Positions 1-10,625 of a stretch of DNA of 64,000 bases are shown piece by piece. A program made the position numbers and the translations under genes. Source of the stretch: Nitrospirota bacterium (GTDB lineage: Bacteria; Nitrospirota; Thermodesulfovibrionia; Thermodesulfovibrionales; SM23-35); the NCBI GenBank assembly GCA_049323875.1, contig JBMOLW010000030.1, positions 224,393-288,392 on the forward strand. The letters run 5' to 3'. The first letter of the stretch is position 1. Each line of letters starts with the position of its first letter. The notes under the pieces were generated by a model that saw nothing but the letters and a program-made list of their open reading frames with translations, did no database searches and had not been told where the DNA came from.

Positions 1-2
1 AG

Positions 3-374
3 GGCACCCTGCTTGTCATTGAAGTATTCAGCACGTACTGCACCTCCTGCCCGAGGGATATCCCGGTTCTCAACGAAGTGTATTCCTCTGTAAGAAAAGA
101 GCGTGGACTCAGGGAAAGTGTCCGGGTCTTCAGCATTGCTATCGGCAATACCAGGACAGAAGTCGAAGGGTACATAAAAGAATTCAGGGCACTGTATCCT
201 GTCCTGACCGATTATAATTTTATTGCCCATAAGGCACTCGGGGACCCCCGCGTGCCTTTTACTCTGATCGTCAGGAATACTGCGCAGGGGCGATGTGTCA
301 TCGAATATACTCACCAGGGTGTCCTTACTTCCGCCGAGGAAATTCTGCGTGTATTAAAAAGCTGTATACCGTAG
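3..374 (+). CDS. Thioredoxin-fold thiol:disulfide oxidoreductase (TlpA/AhpC-TSA-like), 5'-truncated by window edge
   Basis: The frame is open from nt 3 (GTLLVIEVFSTYCTSCPRDIPVLNEV...) and runs into listed ORF 78..374. A CxxC redox motif (CTSC) follows a hydrophobic strand, as in redoxin-fold proteins. The N-terminus lies outside the window. Confidence 0.6.
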   Translation, partial: GTLLVIEVFSTYCTSCPRDIPVLNEVYSSVRKERGLRESVRVFSIAIGNTRTEVEGYIKEFRALYPVLTDYNFIAHKALGDPRVPFTLIVRNTAQGRCVIEYTHQGVLTSAEEILRVLKSCIP

Positions 375-441
375 CGTATTTCCTGCTGGCATAATTTTTT
401 TCTGTTTGAGTATAGTAATAAAGTATGCGGAATCTTATGGC

Positions 442-1035
442 ATGGAACCGGGAATAATAGAAAACCTTATCGGAGAACTCACCAGGCTTCCCGGTATCGG
501 GAGGAAGACTGCGCAGAGGCTTGCGTTTTTTATCCTTGCATTGCCTGAAGCGGAAGCAAAGGGAATAGCCCGCGCAATAGAGGAAGTGAAGGACAAGGCC
601 CGGTTCTGCACGGAGTGTTTCAACATCACCGAGAATGACTTGTGTACGATCTGCGCAAACCACACTCGGGATAAAAGCGTCATCTGTGTCGTTGAGGAGC
701 CGAGCAACATATTCGTCGTTGAACGCTCCGGGAGCTTCCACGGTGTCTACCACGTGCTTCTCGGTGCACTTTCCCCAATCGATGGCATGACGCCGGACCG
801 GCTCAGGATCAGCGAACTGATCGAAAGAGTCAGGAAGAATGCCGTACAGGAAGTCATCCTTGCAACCAATCCGAACACCAAAGGAGAGATTACCGCTCGA
901 TATATCCGTGAACTCTTGCTTCCGTTCACGGTTAAAGTCACCCGTATCGCTTACGGGCTGCCGATCGGCGGAGATATCGAATTCGCTGATGAAGCAACCC
1001 TCAGTAAAGCCCTGGAAGGAAGAAGAACATTCTGA
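442..1035 (+). CDS. recR: Recombination protein RecR
   Basis: Helix-hairpin-helix N-terminus MEPGIIENLIGELTRLPGIGRKTAQRLAFF, C4 zinc finger CTECFN..CTIC, and a Toprim segment ICVVEEPSN...ILATNPNTKGE. The ATG at 442 gives the canonical RecR N-terminus; the ORF track starts at 406. Confidence 0.93.
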   Translation: MEPGIIENLIGELTRLPGIGRKTAQRLAFFILALPEAEAKGIARAIEEVKDKARFCTECFNITENDLCTICANHTRDKSVICVVEEPSNIFVVERSGSFHGVYHVLLGALSPIDGMTPDRLRISELIERVRKNAVQEVILATNPNTKGEITARYIRELLLPFTVKVTRIAYGLPIGGDIEFADEATLSKALEGRRTF

Positions 1036-1046
1036 ACATCATACCG

Positions 1047-1616
1047 TCATTTGTCTTCGTCAAGCCATTTCTTGAGAGTCCCCATTTCCTGCTCGGATAG
1101 CTGTACTGTCGCAGTCTCTCTTTCTCCGGAAAGCTGTGCCATAACCTTCCACATCTGCGTTCTGAGTATGCCATACTGGTCTGCGAAGCCCTGTATATTT
1201 TCTTCCATGAGGGGTATGACCTCTTTGAAATCAGCGGAGGACTCATCGACCCTTCCCAACATTCCGTTCGCAGTAGCACGTGCAAATTTTGCAAAATGAA
1301 GATCGGGTTTCAGTGCAAGGGCACGGCTGAAATCAGAAACAGCTTCTTCATACTCATCCGCATCCATATGGAGCATTCCACGGTAATAGTACGGGCGGGG
1401 ATTATTGCTGCTTGCTTCTATCGCCCTGTTAAAATCTTCCCGTGCCTTTTCCGGTTTTCTCAATTTCATGTGTGCAACTCCACGGCTTAGATAGACAATA
1501 AACGGATCGGCTCCTGCATCCATGGCCTGGGTAAAAACCTTGATACTTTCTTCCTCGTTTCCCTCAACAAATAGTATCTGCGCTTTCCCTAAAAGCTCTT
1601 TCGGGTCCATCGACAT
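1047..1616 (-). CDS. Tetratricopeptide (TPR) repeat protein
   Basis: 189-aa ORF with repeated 34-aa TPR-type signatures (..A...F..AI...P....YY.RG......). It converges on recR with an 11-nt gap. Confidence 0.7.
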   Translation of the reverse strand: MSMDPKELLGKAQILFVEGNEEESIKVFTQAMDAGADPFIVYLSRGVAHMKLRKPEKAREDFNRAIEASSNNPRPYYYRGMLHMDADEYEEAVSDFSRALALKPDLHFAKFARATANGMLGRVDESSADFKEVIPLMEENIQGFADQYGILRTQMWKVMAQLSGERETATVQLSEQEMGTLKKWLDEDK

Positions 1617-1711
1617 TTCCTCCTTAAAAAGATTCCGAGCGTATCAGCATTACCGCCAAATAATAAAGCAATACTTTATATTTATTATCATAACATATTG
1701 TAATTATGTAT

Positions 1712-3139
1712 TTAATCAATAACTTTCGGCGCCCGTGGACAGGGGATCACATCTCGGATATTTCCCATACCTGTTATGTATTGTACCATTCTTTCAAAGC
1801 CCATGCCGAACCCGGCATGGGGGGCTGATCCAAACCTCCGGAGATCGAGGTACCACTGAAGGTTTTCCGAAGATATCTGCATTTCGCTCATCCTGTCTTC
1901 AAGCACAGACAGTCTTTCCTCACGCTGGCTCCCTCCTATTATCTCTCCTATTCCCGGTATAAGCACGTCCATTGCCGCAACCGTTTTTCCGTCATCGTTC
2001 ATGCGCATATAGAATGCTTTCAGTGCCTTGGGATAATCCGTCACGATCAAAGGTCCCTTTACCACTTCATCCGTAAGATACCTTTCATGCTCTGACTGCA
2101 GGTCAGACCCCCATGATACCGGGAATTCAAAGGTCACCGGGGCGCGTTCCAATTCCCTGATAGCTTCACTGTAGGAAATACGGACAAAGTCCGTTCCCGC
2201 CAGCCTGAGGATTTCTTTCCGTGAAATCCTCTTGTGGTGCGATTCGAGAAACGCAAGTTCACTGTCAGCCTTTTCGATTACTTTCCCGCAGAGAAAACGG
2301 GTAAACTCTTCTGCGAGCTTCATATCGTCATGAAGGTCAGCGAAAGCTATTTCCGGCTCTATCATCCAAAATTCTGAAAGATGTCTCGTTGTATTTGAGT
2401 TCTCAGCCCTGAAGGTGGGGCCGAATGTGTAGACTTTTCCGAGTGACAGAGCAAGGAATTCGGCCTCAAGCTGCCCGCTCACGGTCAGGTATGCCTTCTT
2501 TCCGAAAAAGTCCCGGGAAAAATCCACCGGGGAGTCTCCCGCCAGGGGAAGATTGCTGAAATCAAGTGAGGTAACAGTGAAAAGCTTGCCCGCCCCTTCA
2601 CAGTCTCCCGAGGTAATCAGCGGGGTATGCACCCAGACGAACCCTTTTTCCTGGAAAAAATGATGGACAGAGTCAGCGAGAACATTCCTGATCCTGAAGA
2701 CTGCTCCGAAGGTATTCGTCCTTGCCCTGAGGTGTTTTATTTCCCGGAGAAATTCCAGGGTATGCCCCTTTTTCTGAAGGGGATACCTGTCCGGATCACT
2801 TTCCCCGAGCACCTCAATCTCGGAAACTTCCATTTCAAACAGCTGTCCCTTTGCCGGAGATTTTTTGAAGATCCCGGCTGCCCTGATCGATGCGCCGGTA
2901 GTACACCTCTGGAGTTTATCCTGCGTCAGGATTTTCCCCGCAACAACAAGCTGCAGCGTGCTTTGGGAAGATCCGTCACTGAGCACGATAAACACAAAAT
3001 CTTTGGAGTCCCTCCGGGACCGTATCCATCCGCATACGGTTATTTTCTGTCCTATATGTTTTTCGTTCAATGCCTCGCGTATCGTTATCCTTTCCACGCA
3101 ATCCTCCCGGTCCCTGTTTCCTTCAGTATCTCTTTTCAT
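1712..3139 (-). CDS. asnS: Asparagine--tRNA ligase (class II)
   Basis: N-terminal OB anticodon-binding fold (ITVCGWIRSRRDSKDFVFIVLSDGS). Class II core motifs FRAENSNTTRHLSEFWMIEPE and GSAPHAGFGMGFERM are typical of AsnRS. Confidence 0.92.
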   Translation of the reverse strand: MKRDTEGNRDREDCVERITIREALNEKHIGQKITVCGWIRSRRDSKDFVFIVLSDGSSQSTLQLVVAGKILTQDKLQRCTTGASIRAAGIFKKSPAKGQLFEMEVSEIEVLGESDPDRYPLQKKGHTLEFLREIKHLRARTNTFGAVFRIRNVLADSVHHFFQEKGFVWVHTPLITSGDCEGAGKLFTVTSLDFSNLPLAGDSPVDFSRDFFGKKAYLTVSGQLEAEFLALSLGKVYTFGPTFRAENSNTTRHLSEFWMIEPEIAFADLHDDMKLAEEFTRFLCGKVIEKADSELAFLESHHKRISRKEILRLAGTDFVRISYSEAIRELERAPVTFEFPVSWGSDLQSEHERYLTDEVVKGPLIVTDYPKALKAFYMRMNDDGKTVAAMDVLIPGIGEIIGGSQREERLSVLEDRMSEMQISSENLQWYLDLRRFGSAPHAGFGMGFERMVQYITGMGNIRDVIPCPRAPKVID

Positions 3140-3316
3140 TCTTATTATAGGTATTGAGAACGTTTTTATGCCATAGCCTGGAGTTAAGAACCCTGCGCCG
3201 GAAGCGTGGAGCGTTCTTGCGTATTCCTAAAATTTTTCTGTCATAACGGACCTCGTTCCAGAGGTGCGCCGGTTTCCCTGTTGCACTCACCGGAAAGAAT
3301 CATTACAATATCCGAC

Positions 3317-3643
3317 ATGGAAAAAAGGCGTTTCAAAAGACACCGGGTAAGCCTGAAGGCAGAACGCATATCAGGCAACAAGAATTACGGGGTGTTCATC
3401 GAGAACATTTCGGAAACCGGCATCCAGATACTCACAACCCATTCCCAAGCCAACAAGGTCTATTTACCGGGAAGAGAGATCGACCTCAATTTCCTGCTCT
3501 CTTCGGGCAAGGCGCTCAACCTTCACTGCAGGGTACGGTGGGCTCTGCCGAAAACTCCTCCCGATGATATGGCAGACAGCATCGGACTCGAAGTAATCGA
3601 CCCGCCGGCTCAGTATATCGAATTTGTCCATTCTCTTCCCTGA
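3317..3643 (+). CDS. Stand-alone PilZ domain protein (putative c-di-GMP receptor)
   Basis: MEKRRFKRHRV... carries an RxxxR element (RRFKR), followed by NISETG (D/NxSxxG). This is the bipartite c-di-GMP-binding signature of PilZ domains. The ATG at 3317 is preferred to the longer TTG/GTG-type extension from 3206. Confidence 0.75.
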   Translation: MEKRRFKRHRVSLKAERISGNKNYGVFIENISETGIQILTTHSQANKVYLPGREIDLNFLLSSGKALNLHCRVRWALPKTPPDDMADSIGLEVIDPPAQYIEFVHSLP

Positions 3644-3659
3644 TATTCCGGGGGAATTC

Positions 3660-3881
3660 TTAAAACAAGGGATTCCGGGTCTGATCTAAGAGATCTCTCT
3701 TGTATGCAACCGCTGTCTCGGAAATATTGAAAATCAGGTAGACCGTAACCGCACCAATAACTATGAAGAGAAAAAGCACAAGCAAGACTTTCGGTTTCCG
3801 GTAGAATATCAGGAGTGAAAGAACGCCGAGTGCGATAACCAGAGCGGTGTTCTCATAAATAAACCGGATCATGTCTGCCAT
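3660..3881 (-). CDS. Small membrane protein (2 predicted TM helices), unknown function
   Basis: 73-aa ORF with two long hydrophobic stretches (ALVIALGVLSLLIF and VLLVLFLFIVIGAVTVYLIF). No recognisable family. Confidence 0.45.
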   Translation of the reverse strand: MADMIRFIYENTALVIALGVLSLLIFYRKPKVLLVLFLFIVIGAVTVYLIFNISETAVAYKRDLLDQTRNPLF

Positions 3882-4086
3882 TCCTGGTATACCCCACTAT
3901 TATTATTCCTGATTTACCCTATAAGATCGACCCATTGTTGTCTGTGATCTGAATCACGCACCCTCCTGATCTTTCATTCAGACTCTGTTGAACAGGCCGG
4001 AATGAAAAATCCGGGAGTTTTTCATATTTCATTCATGAGTTCTTCATACGGATTGAATATTCTTGAATCAAAAAAAGGAGGCAGAA

Positions 4087-4566
4087 ATGAAAAGAGAAAA
4101 ACTTAAGGGCATTGCAGTTGCGGGTCTGGTCTTTCTTCTCTGTTCCGGCTTTGTATTCCGTGCAAGCGCAGAAGCTTCAAACGTCGATTTCCATATCGGC
4201 ATCGGCATCGGGGTGCCTCCCCCACCCCCTCCGCATATCAGGGTAGTCTCTCCGCCCCGGGTTCATCTTATCCCTCAAACCCCAGTCTATTACGCACCCT
4301 ATCTCGAGGCGCCCATCCTCTTTTATTCGGGGTATTGGTATCTCCCTTCAGACGGCTACTGGTTCAGGGCATCCTCATATTCAGGACCGTGGAGATATAT
4401 CTCACCATGGAAGGTGCCGGTAGTCGTTCGCGACATTCCCCGACACGCTTATTTCCGTGACCACAAGCACAGGGTGCATCATGAAAAAAGGTTTGTCCCT
4501 TATGGTCAGCAGAAGAAACACTGGGAAAAATGGGAAAGAGAGAAAAACAGAAGACATTACTACTGA
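4087..4566 (+). CDS. Secreted Pro/Tyr/Trp-rich protein, unknown function
   Basis: AGGAGG lies 5 nt upstream of the ATG at 4087 (ORF track start 4063 is TTG). Signal peptide MKREKLKGIAVAGLVFLLCSGFVFRASA, a poly-Pro run (PPPPPPP), aromatic YWY/GYWF repeats and a basic C-terminus. Confidence 0.6.
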   Translation: MKREKLKGIAVAGLVFLLCSGFVFRASAEASNVDFHIGIGIGVPPPPPPHIRVVSPPRVHLIPQTPVYYAPYLEAPILFYSGYWYLPSDGYWFRASSYSGPWRYISPWKVPVVVRDIPRHAYFRDHKHRVHHEKRFVPYGQQKKHWEKWEREKNRRHYY

Positions 4567-4663
4567 TCCAGATTATTCGCTACTGTTTGACCATAGAGAG
4601 GGCGGAGATTATTCCCGCCCTCCGGTACCTCAGGGCACCCTCAGCAAACAGAGAAGAAAAACC

Positions 4664-5134
4664 CTATTCCAGAGACCTGGTTATATAGGGGGTATAATCC
4701 TTCAGTACCGGTTCATATACCTCTTCAAGGAGCGGAGAAGATATCATAAAGTCTGCCGTCGAACGGTTGCATGCAGTCGGGATGTTATAGAGAACCGCTA
4801 TCCTGAGGAGCGCTTTTACATCCACATCATGGGGATGCGGCTGCATGGGGTCCCATAAAAAAATCAGGACATCAATTCCTCCCTCAGCGATCATGGCTCC
4901 CAGTTGCTGGTCTCCCCCCAGCGGACCGGACTTCAGTTTTGTGACGGCAAAAGTCTCCGTCTCGCCCTTCTCTTCCATTTTTTTCTGTATTGCTTCTTCA
5001 ACCAGTCTGCCCGTGGTCCCGGTGCATATCATGGGGTGGTTGATGAGTATGCGGTAATTCCATTCAACCCATTCGATCAGGTCCTTTTTCCGGTTATCAT
5101 GTGCTACAAGGGCAATTCTTTTCATTACTTCCAT
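4664..5134 (-). CDS. mgsA: Methylglyoxal synthase
   Basis: IALVAHDNRKKDLIEWV...CTGTTG...GPLGGDQQLGAMIAEGGIDVLIFLWDPMQPHPHDVDVKALLRIAVLYNIPTACNRSTADF matches the MgsA family throughout. AGGAGG lies 6 nt upstream of the ATG at 5134. Confidence 0.92.
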   Translation of the reverse strand: MEVMKRIALVAHDNRKKDLIEWVEWNYRILINHPMICTGTTGRLVEEAIQKKMEEKGETETFAVTKLKSGPLGGDQQLGAMIAEGGIDVLIFLWDPMQPHPHDVDVKALLRIAVLYNIPTACNRSTADFMISSPLLEEVYEPVLKDYTPYITRSLE

Positions 5135-5186
5135 GTGTTTCCTCCTTCTCTGGTGAACCTCCGACTCTCTTTGTGTCCTCAGAGCT

Positions 5187-5690
5187 TCATAGTCGCTCGA
5201 ACACCATCTCACTATCCCCGCCAAAAAGGTCTTTGTCTTTGAGATTTTCCCCGATGAATTCCGAGAGAGCCTCCGGAGTTTCCAGGTCCCTGTTATTCAT
5301 AAGCGTATCCTCCAGAATCCTTATGGTCAACCGGTTTCCGGCAATCGAATATCCTACGAAAAGCCAATGCCCCGCATCTCCTGACGGGCCGATTTCCTGA
5401 ACGTTCAGGAAATGCTCTCCCTGGATACAGGTAGCAAAAGCACGGTATGCAACAATTTTCCTGTTACCCTCAGGGCTCATGATAATGATTTCGTGATCGT
5501 TGAAGGGATATATTGAAAGTGTTGCAGCTTCAGTTTCTCCCGGAGCGCCGTATTTCCAGTTACCGATCAACTCCCGGTCAATCTGGGCTGTATCAGGAGA
5601 TGAAAGAGGAAACTCAGACTCATAGGGACAACCACAGAGCATGATACTGAAGACCACCAGTAAACCTGCTTTCAATACTTTCCTGTTCAT
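5187..5690 (-). CDS. Lipoprotein, unknown function
   Basis: Signal peptide with lipobox MNRKVLKAGLLVVFSIMLCGC. 167-aa ORF with no recognisable catalytic motif. Confidence 0.6.
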   Translation of the reverse strand: MNRKVLKAGLLVVFSIMLCGCPYESEFPLSSPDTAQIDRELIGNWKYGAPGETEAATLSIYPFNDHEIIIMSPEGNRKIVAYRAFATCIQGEHFLNVQEIGPSGDAGHWLFVGYSIAGNRLTIRILEDTLMNNRDLETPEALSEFIGENLKDKDLFGGDSEMVFERL

Positions 5691-5851
5691 ATGTTCAATC
5701 TTATCATTTCCGGTTCTCTATTGTGAGAATTATTTGTCTTGTCCTTTCAGGGAAGACGCCATGGACGGATGCTATGGAAATGAGATAGAATTGGTAGTGA
5801 TGAAGAACAGAGGGCTGTTTCTTGCAAGAAAACCAAGAGGTATGAGCTGCT

Positions 5852-6832
5852 GTGCTCATGGAACAGGAAAGGTTTGCCATGGAACCATCGAAGCTTGAAC
5901 AGTGTCAGTTCAAAAATACATCTGCTGAGCAGTTTCGTGAGGCGATCCCCGGGGTCGTCAACGATCTTGTTCAGTCGTGCAATACCGGGGCCTGCTTTGA
6001 CCATGTCGACACAGAACCAATCCCTTCCCGTGACGCTGTTGTCGAAATCATCCATATGGCTCTCAGGATACTTTATCCCGGCTATTTTACGAGAACCCGT
6101 GTCGACAGGATAAATCTCCACTACTATCTCGGACAGGAGGTTACGACCTTATTTGAAGCCCTTTCAGAACAGGCTACGCTCTCAATGCGTCATGAATGCC
6201 TCAGGCATGATTTACCCTGCATGCATTGTGCGGAAAAGGGACAGGAGATTGCAGCAGAATTCATCCGGAATCTCACAGACCTCCGGAAAACTCTTGCTAC
6301 CGACGTCCGGGCTGCTTTCGAAGGAGATCCTGCGGCAAAGGGATATGACGAGATTATCTTCAGCTATCCCGGCCTCTTCGCAATCAATATTTACCGTATC
6401 GCCCATTGCCTGTTCGGAATGAAGGTATCCCTCATCCCCCGCATGATGACAGAATATGCCCACAGTCTTACCGGTATTGATATCCATCCGGGCGCCCGAA
6501 TAGGCGAAAGCTTTTTCATCGATCATGGAACCGGGGTAGTAATCGGTGAGACGACAGAGATAGGGAAACACGTAAGGATCTATCAGGGCGTTACGCTCGG
6601 AGCCCTTTCCCTGCCCAAGGAAAAGGTGAATGAACTCCGGTATCAGAAACGTCATCCTACAATCGAAGACGAGGTAATTCTCTATTCAGGTGTTACCATA
6701 CTCGGTGGCGAAACCGTTATAGGCGCCCGTTCGGTAATCGGCGGGAACGTATGGATCACCGAGTCCATCCCTCCCGACACCAGGGTGGTCACCAAGAAGG
6801 CTGAACTGATCTTCCGGGGTAAAGAGGAATGA
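5852..6832 (+). CDS. cysE: Serine O-acetyltransferase (long EpsC/CysE-type)
   Basis: Left-handed beta-helix hexapeptide region [44 protein letters not shown], preceded by a SATase N-terminal helical domain. There is a 4-nt overlap with downstream cysK. The start could instead be the ATG at 5858 or 5879. Confidence 0.88.
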   Translation: MLMEQERFAMEPSKLEQCQFKNTSAEQFREAIPGVVNDLVQSCNTGACFDHVDTEPIPSRDAVVEIIHMALRILYPGYFTRTRVDRINLHYYLGQEVTTLFEALSEQATLSMRHECLRHDLPCMHCAEKGQEIAAEFIRNLTDLRKTLATDVRAAFEGDPAAKGYDEIIFSYPGLFAINIYRIAHCLFGMKVSLIPRMMTEYAHSLTGIDIHPGARIGESFFIDHGTGVVIGETTEIGKHVRIYQGVTLGALSLPKEKVNELRYQKRHPTIEDEVILYSGVTILGGETVIGARSVIGGNVWITESIPPDTRVVTKKAELIFRGKEE

Positions 6833-7761
6833 ACCGTTCCCGTATCTTTCCGGATATCACCCATACAATCGGCGCCACTCCTCTTATCAGGCTGAATGCC
6901 CTTTCACAGGGACTTGATGTCATCCTGCTCGCAAAACTGGAATTCATGAACCCTCTCGGCAGCGTAAAGGACAGGACGGGAAGCGCAATGCTCGCTGACG
7001 CAGAGGCAAGGGGGCTCATCCGTCAGGACACCCTGATAGTCGAACCAACGAGCGGCAATACCGGCATCGCCCTGGCTTTTCTCTGCGCAGTCAGAGGATA
7101 TCGTCTGGCGCTTACCATGCCTGAAACCATGAGCATGGAGAGGAGAAAACTCCTGAAACACCTGGGCGCTGAACTTGTCCTGACCCCTGCCTCAGAGGGT
7201 ATGAAGGGCGCAATTGCAAAAGCACGGGAAATAGTATCACAGACACCCTATGCCTTCATGCCTGATCAGTTCAGTAATCCGGCAAACCCTGAAATCCATC
7301 GCAAAACTACTGCTGAAGAGATATGGAATGACACAGGCGGCAATGCCGATATACTCGTAGCCGGGGTCGGAACAGGAGGCACGATCACCGGTATCTCCGA
7401 AGTAATAAAATCGCGGAAACCATCTTTTCGATCAGTTGCAGTCGAACCCTCCTCTTCTCCTGTCCTCTCAGGAGGCAACCCCGGATCACATAAAATTCAG
7501 GGCATTGGCGCAGGGTTTATCCCAAAAGTCCTGAATACCGGCATTATCGACGAAGTAATGGCCGTCACCAATGAAAAGGCATTTGAAACGGCACGCTCCG
7601 CAGCAAAAAAAGAAGGGATTCTCTGTGGGATATCTTCCGGCGCTGCACTCTGGGCAGCTCTTGAAATAGCCAGGCGACCTGAAAACAGGGGAAAACAGGT
7701 TATCGTGGTCCTTCCGAGCACAGGTGAGCGATATATCAGCACGGAACTGTTCGAAGAATAG
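6829..7761 (+). CDS. cysK: Cysteine synthase A (O-acetylserine sulfhydrylase)
   Basis: PLP-lysine motif [21 protein letters not shown], and a GTGGT phosphate loop ([12 protein letters not shown]). Translationally coupled to cysE. Confidence 0.94.
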   Translation: MNRSRIFPDITHTIGATPLIRLNALSQGLDVILLAKLEFMNPLGSVKDRTGSAMLADAEARGLIRQDTLIVEPTSGNTGIALAFLCAVRGYRLALTMPETMSMERRKLLKHLGAELVLTPASEGMKGAIAKAREIVSQTPYAFMPDQFSNPANPEIHRKTTAEEIWNDTGGNADILVAGVGTGGTITGISEVIKSRKPSFRSVAVEPSSSPVLSGGNPGSHKIQGIGAGFIPKVLNTGIIDEVMAVTNEKAFETARSAAKKEGILCGISSGAALWAALEIARRPENRGKQVIVVLPSTGERYISTELFEE

Positions 7762-7774
7762 AGTCACCGCCAGG

Positions 7775-9223
7775 CTATTTCTTCCAGAAATTGGGTACGA
7801 AGAGTATGAGGACTGTGTAGACCTCCAACCTTCCGGTGAGCATGCAGAATACGAGAATCCATTTTCCCACGACCGGAAAATGGGCATAATTCTCTGCAGG
7901 ACCGGCAGAACCCAGTGCAGGGCCGACATTGCACATCGCGGATATTGCCGTTGTTGCTGCAGTGACAATATCCATACCGGTTGCTGAAATACCGATGGTT
8001 GCAAGCGAGCAGATGCCGAGGAAGAGGAATACCATACCCCAGATACTGCCCAGGATCTCCTTGTCGAGGAATTTATTATCCAGTTTTACGGTTGTCACTG
8101 CCCTCGGGTGAATAAGCTGATAGATCTCCCGGTATCCCTGTTTAATCATGAGCAGTATCCTGACCTGTTTGAGCCCTCCGCCGGTCGAACCGATCATGCC
8201 GCCGAAAAACATCACCAGTACAAGCAACACCTGTGCGAGGGGCGCCCATAATTCGAAATCTGCCGTAGCATACCCCGTTGTGGTCATGATGGAAATCACC
8301 TGAAAAAGCGATAACCTGAGGGAATCCAAAAGTGAATCATACGAGGAACCCCAGATCGCCGCCGTTACTGCTGCGGTTACGACGACGATCGCCGCAGCAT
8401 AGAACCTGAACTCGCCGTTTTGCCACAATTTCGAGCATCGTCCCCTGAAAAAGAAGAAATATAATGAATAATTGATCCCTGCGAAGAGCATGAATGCGCT
8501 GGTGATGAATTCCACGGCGTGGTTCTGATATGCGCCGATGCTTGCGTTTTTCGTAGAAAAACCTCCTGTCGCCATGGTGGTAAATGCATGACACAAGGCA
8601 TCATAAACGTTCATCCCGGCGAGATAGAGGAGCGCGGCATTGGTTGCTGTGAAGGAAAGATAAATTATCCAGAGCGCTTTTGCCGTATCGATGATGCGCG
8701 GCCTCAGCTTATCCACAGTAATCTCAGGAACTTCTGCCTTGAAAAGCTGCATCCCTCCAGTCCCGAGGAACGGGAGGATAGCAAGCGCGAAGACGATGAT
8801 ACCCATGCCCCCGATCCATTGTGTCATGCTCCTCCAGAAGAGAACTCCCGGCGGGACAGCCTCTATGTCCTCCAGCACCGATGCGCCCGTAGTGGTGAAT
8901 CCCGACATCGATTCAAAGTATGCGTTCGTGAAAGAATGAAAGGTTCCGGAGAAAAGAAAGGGCAGCGTTCCAAACAGAGACATAACAACCCAGGTGAGGG
9001 TAACGATTATAAAGGCCTCTTTGTGTCTGATGTCCTCTTTCTTGTTCCTTCTCGTAAAGAGAAAAAGGGAAAGCCCGACGCTGAATGTTATCGCCCAGGA
9101 CCGGATAAGGGGGGCCAGATCCCCTGAATGATGAAAATATGAGACGGCGACCGGGGCGATCATGAAACAGGAAAGAAACAGGAGGACGATGCCGTTGAAA
9201 TTCAGTATTACCCTGATGTTCAT
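7775..9223 (-). CDS. trkH: Trk-type K+ uptake membrane subunit TrkH
   Basis: 482-aa polytopic membrane protein with repeated selectivity-filter-like segments (FTTTGAS, TMATGGFST, TTTGYAT, NVGPALG), characteristic of TrkH/KtrB. Sits directly downstream of trkA. Confidence 0.9.
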   Translation of the reverse strand: MNIRVILNFNGIVLLFLSCFMIAPVAVSYFHHSGDLAPLIRSWAITFSVGLSLFLFTRRNKKEDIRHKEAFIIVTLTWVVMSLFGTLPFLFSGTFHSFTNAYFESMSGFTTTGASVLEDIEAVPPGVLFWRSMTQWIGGMGIIVFALAILPFLGTGGMQLFKAEVPEITVDKLRPRIIDTAKALWIIYLSFTATNAALLYLAGMNVYDALCHAFTTMATGGFSTKNASIGAYQNHAVEFITSAFMLFAGINYSLYFFFFRGRCSKLWQNGEFRFYAAAIVVVTAAVTAAIWGSSYDSLLDSLRLSLFQVISIMTTTGYATADFELWAPLAQVLLVLVMFFGGMIGSTGGGLKQVRILLMIKQGYREIYQLIHPRAVTTVKLDNKFLDKEILGSIWGMVFLFLGICSLATIGISATGMDIVTAATTAISAMCNVGPALGSAGPAENYAHFPVVGKWILVFCMLTGRLEVYTVLILFVPNFWKK

Positions 9224-9239
9224 ATCAAGAGAAAAATGT

Positions 9240-10571
9240 TCACGCGAGTATCTTTTCGACCTCCCTGATCGATTCCTTCAGGGTGAATATGATCAGCTTG
9301 TCATCTTCCATAATGGTATCCGAACCTGAAGGGATCGTTACCCTGTCGCCCCGGATAATAGCTCCTATGATGGAGGCCCTGGGCTGTGCATTCTCGAGTG
9401 TCTTGCCCACGAGCGGTGAGGTCCCGAGTATCCTCCCTTCAAGAATCTCCGCCCGTGCATCAGCGATAGCGGTGAGCGAAAGGATGTCTCCTCTCCGGAC
9501 ATAGCGGAGAATGGTCCCTGCTGTAATGAGTCTGGGGCTCAGGACGGACTGAAGCCCGAGGCCATGCGCGAGATAGATGTAGTCTGTTTTGTTGACTAAC
9601 GCGACAGTCTTCTTTGCACCAAGCTTTTTGGCGAGGAGAGAGACCATGATGTTCAGTTCGTCGTTGTTTGATACCGCAACAAAGGCGTCCATATCACCGA
9701 TATTTTCTTCTGTCAGCACTTTTTGCTCTGTCCCGTCGGCATGCAGGATAAGGGATCTCCTGAGGTTCTTGCTGAGGAATTTGCACCGTTCCCCGTTCTT
9801 TTCAATAATTTTCACATCCGCTTTGCCCTCTATCTGTGAAGCGATATAATGACCCGTCCTCCCTCCGCCGAGTATCATGATATTTTTTACCGGCTTCACC
9901 GTGATGCCGAGCAGAGTAATCGTTTCCTGCAATTCATCCGGCTTCACCGGGACATAGATGATATCTCCTTTTTTTACGATATCGTCACCTGCAGGGATGA
10001 TTGTTTTTCCGTCTCTCACGATGAGCCCGATAAGAAACTTCTTCCCTGCGGAGGCAACGAAGTTTTTCAATAGCTTTCCGATCAAAGGGGAAGTTTCAGG
10101 AATCTTGAACCCGATCACTTTCACCAGCCCGCCTTCGAAATCCTGGATATCCGTTGCGAAAGGAGCCTCGATGATCCTTGAGATCGCCTGCGCTATTTCG
10201 AGTTCCGGATTGATGGCAGGATCGATGTCGAGGTTCGCGAGGAGGCGTTCATTATGAAAGTATTCCGGATTGCGTATACGGGCAATCTTTCTCGGGATGC
10301 CGAACATGGCTTTGGCAAGGAGGCAGGCAATCATATTGGTCTCGTCCTGGTCGGTGACTGCAAGGAGGATGTCAGCTTTGTCAGCTTCAGCTTCGCGGAG
10401 CGATGAGGGAGAGCCCCCTTCTCCCTCAACTATTGCCACATCTATTTCTTCTGAAATCCTCTTCAGTTTATTTCTGTCCCTGTCGATTACTACCACGTCG
10501 AGCGTTTCATAAGACAGAAATTTTGCGATCTGGTATCCTACCTCACCGGCGCCTACGATAATTACCCGCAT
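9240..10571 (-). CDS. trkA: Trk system NAD-binding regulatory subunit TrkA
   Basis: Two Rossmann RCK-N modules (MRVIIVGAGEVGYQIAKFL and IMILGGGRTGHYIA), each followed by an RCK-C/TrkA-C domain. 443 aa, the typical TrkA length. Confidence 0.92.
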   Translation of the reverse strand: MRVIIVGAGEVGYQIAKFLSYETLDVVVIDRDRNKLKRISEEIDVAIVEGEGGSPSSLREAEADKADILLAVTDQDETNMIACLLAKAMFGIPRKIARIRNPEYFHNERLLANLDIDPAINPELEIAQAISRIIEAPFATDIQDFEGGLVKVIGFKIPETSPLIGKLLKNFVASAGKKFLIGLIVRDGKTIIPAGDDIVKKGDIIYVPVKPDELQETITLLGITVKPVKNIMILGGGRTGHYIASQIEGKADVKIIEKNGERCKFLSKNLRRSLILHADGTEQKVLTEENIGDMDAFVAVSNNDELNIMVSLLAKKLGAKKTVALVNKTDYIYLAHGLGLQSVLSPRLITAGTILRYVRRGDILSLTAIADARAEILEGRILGTSPLVGKTLENAQPRASIIGAIIRGDRVTIPSGSDTIMEDDKLIIFTLKESIREVEKILA

Positions 10572-10625
10572 AGCACTGTATATTACAGCATGAAATCGCC
10601 AATTTGTACAGTGCCCGACAGAATA

